Shown: in pieces, positions 7,213 to 14,908 of the stretch
Layout of the letters: each line of letters begins with the position of its first letter
Position numbering within the stretch: position 1 is the stretch's first letter
Assembly (NCBI GenBank): GCA_043228905.1
Contig: JBHGNT010000831.1
Span: 1 to 14,908 of the forward strand
Source: Azolla caroliniana
Lineage: Eukaryota; Plantae; Polypodiophyta
DNA length: 14,908 nucleotides
Direction of reading: 5' to 3'
Program-made: the position numbers and the translations under genes
The notes under the pieces: model-generated
Database searches by the model: none
What the model saw: the letters and a program-made list of their open reading frames with translations, nothing else
What the model was told of the DNA's origin: nothing

Positions 7213-10200
7213 CTATTATGAAGCCGCAAAAACAAACCCATATCTTAGCAATTAGTTCAAAGAAAATACTATAAATTGCAAACCCTAAACTCCCCCCAAA
7301 AAACTATATGATTAACTTTAGTACAAACAGAACTATATGATTAATTTTAGTAAAAACAAAACCAGGTAATTAACTTTAGTACAAATGAGACAAGTCTACC
7401 TTTCATCTGTGAAATGAAAAGCACTAAATGAACTTTAACACATAGTACAATACTCAAGAAAGGTGACCAACATACATGTTGACTTACCTCGTAGTTCCAG
7501 CAAGAAGGTCCACTTGCTCATCGCCAGCAATTGCTGCCCTCAAAGAGCTACCACGAATGTGTGACCCTTGTGTTTTATCATTTGGTTCATGAGCGACGAG
7601 CACCAGGCTTTCCGGATAAGTTCCTAATACATAGTCCACAACATGGTGAGTCCCATAATCCAAAACCCCAAACTTCCCATGCGGAAAAACACTAAACCCT
7701 ACACATAACCTCTGGAAAAAACTAAAATCTAAGAGGATAAATTCGGGAACCCTAAACCGTAAAATGCTGAAACTCTAAAGGCAAGTTCTTCAGCCTTATA
7801 CCATAGAACCACAAACCTTAAACCCTGAGGGAAGTTCTAGAACCATTCAACACTAAAATTTGAACCGTAAAGATAAGTTCGATAACTTTAAACCAGTAAA
7901 GGTAAGTTCTAGAATCTTAAATCCATAGAGTCATGTTCTAGAACCCTAAACTGTAATGGTAAGTTCAAGAACCCTGAACTCCTAAAGGTGAGTTCTAGGG
8001 CCCTAAACTCTAATATATATATATATATATAAAGGAAACTAACCAAAATCCAAAAGCTAAACTATGAAGAGCACTATTGATGTTTTATTTTATTTTGTTT
8101 CCAAAAGCAATGTGTTTTACCATTGATGATGGCTGTCGGCATTCCTCCGTCCTCAACGTCTTTTTGTATATTCAAATTCATGTGATTTGGAGCCCTGAAG
8201 TGGAGCCCTAACAAAAGGCTATAGTCCATTATTTGCTCGGACACAAGAAAATTACAATCATCCTCGATTTGCCTAGTTAAAACATCACAATCCAACCAAT
8301 CAATCATTAAATCAGTCAATCCATATCATGTTTTCTCATGAAGGGTATTTAGCAATATCTTATTGTGTATAATGCAAAAAAAGAGAAAAAAATTGAAGTG
8401 AAAAGCACTTGGTCACATGACCACAACTGAAAAGAAAAAGAAAAGAATCACTAAACAAGAAATTGACAGCCGATGATTACGAACTGGTATTGGTTCTGCC
8501 TGGAGAGGTTAAAATATCATTTCATCTATATGTATAAATTAAAAGAAAATTACAGCCAGCTATGACTTAGACTATATATCAAGCAACCTCAAAACTCCAC
8601 TAAAGAAATTGAATGTAAAAAATTTGGACATGTGTGCATATATTCACATGCACATGAAGAAGTAGACCAAGTATATTCATGAAATAATTTATTAAGAAAA
8701 CTACCAAGAGCAGGAATAATGACACCTGGTTTTTCAGGGGGATCTCATAAGATCCATGAGATGCCTAACTCTTAAACCATCCTTACGTGGCAGCACAATT
8801 CACCACAGTAAACCAATAAAAAAGGAAAATAAAACATGTGCAAATGCAAAAGGTATCATCATTCTCTTCCTTACTTGAGGAGAGCTGAACGCCATGATGG
8901 CTCAAGATGGAAAGTAAAGTCTAAATCAAGGTCTTTTAGGGTTGTGGTCTCATCAATCTCGATCTTATCTGCAGACCGACCAAGTGATGATCCCTTCAAG
9001 TCAAACCTACGATGAATTCTCAACTCGGTGCAAAATACATTGCCCATCACAACAAACCGAACCTTCAAGAAGCAACCACCACAAAGTTCAGTCCTCAGCC
9101 TTGATGACCATTTAGAATTTTCAAGGGAAAGCGCCCTATATTGAGTACAAACAAAAAGTTTAATAGATCTATATCTACATATACCTTATGGCCTCCTGCA
9201 AGCTTTATACGGTGAAGGCCAAAAAATTTTGTAATCAAGGTGTTCTCATATTTGCATACATGGGCATAGTAATGTGGTAGCATCTTTAATAGCATCTGTA
9301 TCATATGTAATTTCAAAAAGTGCTGTATATTATTCTAATATAAATGTAACCAAGTTGAATTTCTAAATGAAATACAGAAGCTAAGCTTAAAGTCAAATAA
9401 TACGACAAACCAAACCTGAAACTATGTGAATTTCAAATACCTTGAGTTCTTGTCGACGTAAAGTCTTGATAAGAAACCGGTCATCCTGGGAAAGGAAAAA
9501 CATACTCCCACTTTTTCCTGGAGATGACAGCTCTCTCAATTCATCATTGCCACAAATCTTCAACATATAATCAGCAGCATCAATCTTGAACATCTCGCGT
9601 AATGTCCTGAAATATCATTTAGAGAAAATTGTAAAAACTTTTTACATAAATGCTTTTCCCAAAACGTTTTAAGGGTAGAGATATGGATCACATTCATTTG
9701 AAAGAGTGCCTATATCTTACAGTATCTATGCATCTCTCCACATATTCCATTAGGGCATGTCAAATAGCTATCTATAGGAATTATTATTTCCTTGACTATG
9801 CAAATTCCTAGTTGTTGAGTCTCATGTGAACAAAAAGAAATGTCAATCATTTGGTCCATCGAAATGCATCGGATGGATTAGTGACATGTTTCAGGTCATG
9901 TTTTGGAGGAAAAGTTGGAAGAGAAGTCGAGTAATGGAAGTAAAATCTCACACTCTCTACTTCTTCATATATTTTTATGAGTGGTTCTCATGATAAGTTG
10001 TGTCCAATGAGCATGACATGTGTAACGATCATTAGTAAGGACCTTATCCTATCTAAATATGGTATGGACGTAGCCTAATAGCATAAAGGTGTGGCTTCAA
10101 CTATCTTCATGGATTCATCCACTTGGCTTGCTTTGCCAACTGTGGTAGGCAGCATTGGTTGAAGAAGTTTTAAATAAAAATGAATAATGTAGTCTCAAAA

Positions 10201-12842
10201 AATAGCAAAGAAGGTATTCAGAATCTGGAAACAGATAAATATGCTGAAGCAAAATGAATGAACGCATATGATGCATTTTCATGTCCGTGGGTGGAACAAA
10301 AGCAAGAAGAGTAATGAAAGGAAGAGGAATGTCAAAGACTTATCTCTAAAATAACAGAAAAGAAAATGAACCCTCATAAGCTTGAAAAATTTTAGCAAAA
10401 ACCAAGCTCTGATCTAAAAAGGCATATGATTGAGAGAGAGAGACAGTGAAATACATATTAACTTCTTTTAGGAGGTCAAAATGGCCTTTGAGAAAGACAC
10501 AGAAGATGTATAATTCCTAATTATGGTGAATTAACACAAGACATAGATCTTATAAAAATTTATATACAGGGAAAAAGAAGACATGCATATTATGTTAATG
10601 CTTCATTAAGCAGACCACATGTACTAATATCGATCATGCATGATGTGCATGTGTAGAAGAAAGATATACTAACATTTAATGGAGAGAGCAAGAGAAACGA
10701 ACCGTGTATTGCTATGACTTTTCTAAAAAGATCATTGCAATGATGCTTTTGATATGGTGTAGGAAAATTTCTACCTGAAAACAAGTGGGCAGTAATCTTT
10801 CCATCGAAAGTCGATTGAATGGTGGCAAGGCGTCAACTGGGAGCCTTGTCGGGGGAAGTTCATCCAGATCCGTGCTCGATGCCCAAAATCAGCTGCTTCA
10901 AGCTCTCGTTTAAGATGGTATATCTTCCCTACACTATACCTGTAGCAGATTGTTTATTTGAGTTCTTAAAACCCAAGCATGAGGCTAATATTAAGGTAAA
11001 AAATATGATTTTTTTTCTTTTTTCTTTCTTCCTATCGAGGCGGATATCTTTGTTCATGCAAACATTTCGTAGTTACACAGAGAAAGGAGAAATTATTTGC
11101 AAACTATACATAAAGGCCCTCTCATGATTTTTTCAGCTACAATTTTGCAAAACCTTATCCTAACTCCCTCTAGAAAACACACTGTGCTTTCAGTTTCTTG
11201 CTCCATATATCTTGGAAAATTCCTAATGAGTTTTTGTGATGCCTCCATTGCTTAATACTCTCTGCCAATCCTTGGATGATTAAAAACTCCCCATGCTTCA
11301 ACACACACACACACAAAAGTTCATATATACACCTAGAATATATACCTCATCTCCATATCTAAAATCAGAAATATATCTCAGTTACACCATAAGCAACAGC
11401 TAGGAACTATAACTCCTCTTGGAAAAGCAATTTGTGCAAATCAGAATGGGGTGTTCAAATACTACTGTCTCACTTCATTCGGGCAACATTGGCAAGAAGT
11501 AAAGTCAGTTAAAAAAGTAAAAAGCTGATGACATTGATCCACAGAGAGAACTGCCTGATACTTGATAAACTTACCTCATACCAAGCTGCAAGTCAAGCAT
11601 AAGATCATAACTTCGGTGCCCTTTGATAATTGTTTCTCCTGGTCTCTTGCTCTCTTTGATTAGTTGTCTTTGCCGATATGGTTTATGTCTCGATATTAAA
11701 GGGTCTTTAACAATCTCACTTATCAGGACTCCTTGAGCATACTCCCTCTCCACAATGGGCAACCTTACATCCTTCTCCAGCTGCATCTCATCATCCTCCA
11801 AGATTGTTTCATTTGTCACTAGAAGTGACTCCAAACCAAGCAACTTCTCGATCGCACCCTCCAGACTCCATTTCCTTTCAAGTCCAACTGCCCTAGTGGG
11901 TAAAGACTCGGCTTTTCTCAACAAGCTTATTGAGCTTCCTAATGAGGAGTTGTTCATCTGGTTTTGGCTCTGGATCGGCATATGAGCATACATACCATGA
12001 GCCTTGGAGATGTCTGAGGAGGATGTCCGCCACAACCCGAAAGAGTTTCTACGTCTCCGTACATCATTTCCATCACATTGGGCCGATGAACCATTAGGAG
12101 GGCCAGTGAGATACAAAGAAGGCTCAGTGCCAGGTGGGTAGTAAGTACCCTTTCCATCCTTCAGGCCTCTACTCCATGTGCCCACATAGCAACCGCCATC
12201 AACCCATGTATATACACCATATCCATGCTCTTTTCCACTAGCCCAGTATCCATTGAATGAGTCCCCATTGCACCAAGTTAGCATCCCTTTGCCAGACATA
12301 GAATCGCCTTTCCAGCCTCCAGTATAAGCATTTCGACTGTTCCAAGTGTAAGTCCCATGACCCTCTCTCTTCCCTTGATACCAATTTCCCTTATAATGGT
12401 CTCCATTGTGATACCGTTGTTCACCAATACCGTGCTTCAAATTCATGACCCAGTTGCCAGAGTAGGTAGAGCCACAGGGTCCAGTATAGTTGCCAAACCC
12501 ATGTAAGCATCCATTAAAGAATTGCCCTTCGAATATTGACCCATTAAGCCACGTAAACTGCCCCTTTCCGGATTCCATGCCCTTATAGAACTCACCCTCA
12601 AATTTAACACCGTCTTTCCATACATAGATACTGCTAGCATTACTAGTACTTCTCTCAAGGATTGCTTCTTCTCCATTAGGTAGTTTGTATATTTTATCTC
12701 TGGCAATTGAACTATGAGGTTCCAAACATCCATTAGGTTTCAAAACCTCTTCAGAAGGATGGATTTGATCTTGTCTTCCCTGGGAGGATAGATACAATTG
12801 TCTTTCCTTGTCGTGCCCAATATGGATTAGAGAGTTAGACAT
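6921..12842 (-). CDS. PIP5K9: MORN-repeat phosphatidylinositol-4-phosphate 5-kinase, plant subfamily B, PIP5K7/8/9 clade (PIP5K9-like). Spliced model: complement(join(6921..7212,7488..7623,8121..8272,8875..9062,9185..9295,9441..9606,10775..10939,11575..12842)), 825 aa
   Basis: Seen: exon lengths 1268+165+166+111+188+152+136+292=2478 nt (826 codons with stop); all 7 introns are GT..AG and frame-compatible. Motifs seen: 7 MORN repeats, [58 protein letters not shown]. An in-frame TAA at 12902-12900 precedes ATG 12842, and the ORF-track start at 12872 is a TTG. The family call is secure; the exact ortholog name is inferred. Confidence 0.95.
7302..7388. repeat. 29-bp minisatellite, 3 copies, in intron 7
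   Basis: AACTATATGATTAACTTTAGTACAAACAG at 7302, with variants at 7331 and 7360. Confidence 0.9.
7488..7623 (-). CDS. PIP5K coding exon 7 (catalytic-domain insert), absent from the ORF track
   Basis: Acceptor ATTAG|GA, donor AG|GTAAGT; (G)[44 protein letters not shown](R), matching the HIRGS.LRA...G.E.VDL motif I recall for PIP5K7/8/9. Confidence 0.9.
7660..8012. repeat. Degenerate telomere-like (CCCTAAA) higher-order minisatellite in intron 6
   Basis: AAGTTC-like anchors at 7739, 7783, 7832, 7875, 7904, 7933, 7961 and 7990 (spacing 44,49,43,29,29,28,29); approximate consensus AAGTTCTAGAACCCTAAACCNTAAAGGT; followed by (AT)9 at 8013-8030. Confidence 0.85.
8121..8272 (-). CDS. PIP5K coding exon 6 (catalytic MDYSLL and start of the variable insert)
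   Basis: Acceptor ACTAG|G, donor ATG|GTAAAA (phase 1, matching exon 7); QIEDDCNFL...[14 protein letters not shown]...TAIIN. Confidence 0.88.
8875..9062 (-). CDS. PIP5K coding exon 5 (DLKGS and TLKDLD motifs)
   Basis: Acceptor TGAAG|GTT, donor AA|GTAAGG; [10 protein letters not shown]...WRSALL(K). Confidence 0.92.
9185..9295 (-). CDS. PIP5K coding exon 4
   Basis: Acceptor TACAG|ATG, donor AAG|GTATAT; [10 protein letters not shown]...[17 protein letters not shown] (37 aa). Confidence 0.93.
9441..9606 (-). CDS. PIP5K coding exon 3 (G-loop PGKSGS and ATP-binding Lys in FLIKT)
   Basis: Acceptor TTCAG|G, donor AAG|GTATTT; (R)[14 protein letters not shown]...RRQELK. Confidence 0.94.
10775..10939 (-). 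CDS. PIP5K coding exon 2 (dimerization domain), absent from the ORF track
   Basis: Acceptor TACAG|G, donor AG|GTAGAA; 165 nt reading (R)[54 protein letters not shown](R). Confidence 0.93.
11575..12842 (-). CDS. PIP5K coding exon 1: N-terminus, MORN repeats (~12120-12602), linker, start of dimerization domain
   Basis: MSNSLI...[24 protein letters not shown]; donor AG|GTAAGT at 11575/11574 (phase 2); seven 23-aa (Y/F)xGx(W/F)xxGxxxGxG repeats. Confidence 0.93.
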
Positions 12843-13174
12843 ACAGAATGAGTCGGATTGTTTTCTTTCCAAAGAAGAGGAAATGAAAATTATATTGCTT
12901 TAATGCAAACCTGGACGGGTCGAGGAAGACGAAAAAATGATTTTACAATCAGGCGAATTTTGTTTTTTTTTTTTTCTGAATCAAATCACACTGCACAGAA
13001 AAATATACCGAGAATCACATGGGAAAAAAATTCTGAATCAACGTGCATGGAAAAAGACCCCAAGAATGGTATGGAAACGGGGAATCGCATGATGGAATTG
13101 GGTATTTGTAAGCTTAAAGAGTCCACTTAATATGGACAAAAAAGACAAGGTAGCTGTATCTGTCCCTTCTTTCT

Positions 13175-13630
13175 TTGTTGCTGTTGTTGTTGTTGTTCTT
13201 CTTCTTCTTCTTCTTACTTCTCACTCTCAGATACTCTGTTCTGTATCTGTGCAACGGAATTGATCAATCGATTAATGGATGGATGATAAAATGGAAGAAA
13301 TTGCAAAGGAAAAGCCAATTGGACTGTCATAACATTGGTTAACTTAACTTTAAGGCTTTGTAATCAGGAGAGAGAGAGAGTGTGTGTGTGTGTGTGTGTG
13401 TGTTTAAGAAGGATTATTGCTGGAGTAAACTTTGCAAAGAAGAGAGAGAGAGAGATCTAATGGAAAAATTAAAAGTAATTGTGAAGGATCTAGACAGAAA
13501 AAGAGAAGGGGGAGGGGGGGGAATTTAGAGAGGGAATGAGGTTGAGAGGGTAGGGAGAGATGGAGGGGGAAAAGCAAGAGAGAGAAGTATGAATGAAGGG
13601 AAAAGCAAGAGAGAGGGAGGGAGAGGGGAA
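13175..13630 (-). promoter_or_regulatory. Microsatellite-rich putative 5' leader or core promoter of PIP5K
   Basis: (GTT)n/(CTT)n at ~13177-13215, (GA)n(GT)n at ~13368-13403, (AG)n at ~13441-13455, and a long purine tract at 13495-13630 (pyrimidine/CT-rich on the gene's sense strand), typical of plant leaders. The TSS cannot be determined from sequence. Confidence 0.5.
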
Positions 13631-13832
13631 TCTTATTGGAAGTGGAAGAGAGATTCAGAATTGGAATATGTATGTAATGTATAAAAAATTATGATGAATG
13701 GCAGGCAGAAACACCCGACACGCGTATCTACGAATGAGAGTTCGAGAATATATACATAACCGCATTGGGTCAAGAAATGTGCCCCCTGGACATGTTGGGC
13801 CACTATAATCATTTTCATGCGTAAGCCACAAC

Positions 13833-13854
13833 GAGAGAGAGAGAGAGAGAGAGA
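13833..13854. repeat. (GA)11 microsatellite overlapping the L1 target site
   Basis: Seen directly. Confidence 0.9.
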
Positions 13855-13866
13855 ATATGACCTTAT

Positions 13867-14854
13867 TACATGTCACACTACAAAGATATTGTATCATCAT
13901 GCGATGGCATCAAGATATCTCGTAAAGCAGCGAAGTTGTAGAATGTATGTAAGTAAGTCAGATGCAAGGTGGTGGAAAACATTACAACGCATTTCCATCT
14001 ACCATTTCGTGCAAAGGTATTCATATGGAGAGTCGTGATTGGTGGGCTTCCATTAGGTTCGGCCTTAAAGAGACGAGGACTAGGGTCTGGCACTTGTTTC
14101 TTTTGCACCATTCCATTGGAGGATAGTACACATAGGTTCATAGTACGTAAAATTTGTGTTCGTCTACTATAACATTCATTTTCCTACGTTGGAAAACGAA
14201 TGCGAATGTTATCCAAACATTCTTGTGTTTTTTCCCCATTTTTTCCCATTTTTTTAATGTTTTTTTTTTCATTTTTAGGCTTATCTACCTCATAATAAAT
14301 AGTTAATCCAAAAGTATGGTATTTATCATTCTTTGAGGGTGTTTTTCTTTCGCGAATGATTGAACCATGCATCGTATGGTACGTATGGTTCATACTATGC
14401 ATAAGTTCATTAAATGTCCTATAGTGTGTACCATTTGGAAGTACTTATCGGACATTTGGCATGTTTTAACCTGTTGTTGTTTGAGACCTCGACAATGGGT
14501 TTTTTCTCAATATGTTCAAAATGGTTCAAATGATGAGATGGAGATATTGTTCTAATTTTTACGTTATAGGGACTACAACACAATTGGAATATGCGTAATG
14601 CTTTCATGTTTGATAATAGACATGGGGTGAAAGCCTATATAAAGAAGTTGAAAGGAATTCTCATGTGGAATTTTTGGATGTTAGAACATGTGGGATCATT
14701 TCCTCAAATTCATATTCAAGTTTTTTAATGGCATTTTAGAACGTTTGTCTCCCTACATAGGCATATGATAGGTAGAGGAGACTAAGAAGTGTTGTAACTA
14801 AGTGGATTTTACATACAATTAATATAATTGTGTGCTTTTAGAAAAAAAACCAAA
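13867..14854 (+). mobile_element. 5'-truncated L1-clade LINE: ORF2 C-terminal zf-RVT/CCHC region, 3' UTR and A-tail
   Basis: Perfect 17-bp TSD AGAGAATATGACCTTAT at 13850-13866 and 14855-14871; degenerate A-tail at 14842-14854; translation RAKVFIWR..GGLPLG...CFFC...EDSTHRF|IKCP..CTIW...WNMRNAFMF. Confidence 0.92.
14139..14399. mobile_element. Non-autonomous hAT-like element (MITE), 261 bp, nested in the L1
   Basis: Termini CATAGTACG and CATACTATG (8/9 inverted match); 8-bp TSD CATAGGTT (14131-14138) versus CATAAGTT (14400-14407); removing it restores EDSTHRFIKCP; subterminal CGAATG/CGTATG motifs. Confidence 0.82.
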
Positions 14855-14908
14855 AGAGAATATGACCTTATGAAACTAAACACATAACATTTTTCACTTG
14901 GTACATGT

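Noticed and set aside
7739-8012. Palindromic ~29-bp repeats as a CRISPR-like array or a true telomere
   Set aside because: Eukaryotic intron; units are directly tandem with no unique spacers, and the heptamers are too degenerate for a functional telomere.
8739-8765. Short inverted repeats in intron 5 (ATCTCAT..ATGAGAT)
   Set aside because: A 7-bp stem is expected by chance in AT-rich DNA.
10819-11127. 102-aa plus-strand ORF
   Set aside because: Antisense shadow of exon 2 running into an intron; no motif.
11755-12733. ORFs 11755-11985 (+), 11954-12157 (-) and 12443-12733 (-)
   Set aside because: Antisense or alternative frames within exon 1.
12843-12872. ORF-track N-terminal extension MERKQSDSFC
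   Set aside because: It starts at TTG; the first in-frame ATG after the upstream TAA is at 12842.
13633-14607. Cluster of short ORFs upstream of the gene
   Set aside because: Explained by L1 ORF2 fragments, their antisense frames, the MITE and microsatellite translation.

Overview
Eukaryotic land-plant DNA; a fern or other non-flowering lineage is my inference from the repeat types and gene features. The main feature is a complete, apparently intact minus-strand gene for a MORN-repeat phosphatidylinositol-4-phosphate 5-kinase of the PIP5K7/8/9 clade, most like PIP5K9. It has 8 coding exons, ATG at 12842 to TAG at 6921, 2478 nt or 825 aa, with all-GT-AG, phase-compatible introns. Exons 2 and 7 are missing from the ORF track. 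Both flanks hold nested, decayed transposons whose junctions can be read by eye. Left flank: an L1-type LINE whose endonuclease N-terminal half is inverted against the rest (twin-priming-like geometry), a 387-bp solo LTR with a perfect 5-bp TSD inserted in it, a probable LTR plus PBS remnant and an RTE-type RT fragment. Right flank: a 5'-truncated L1 with a 17-bp TSD, interrupted by a 261-bp hAT-like MITE. Intron 6 holds a telomere-like higher-order minisatellite with TTCnnGAA cores. I found no convincing new multi-gene system; the notable signals are structural. No database searches were run, so family calls rest on motif recognition from memory.
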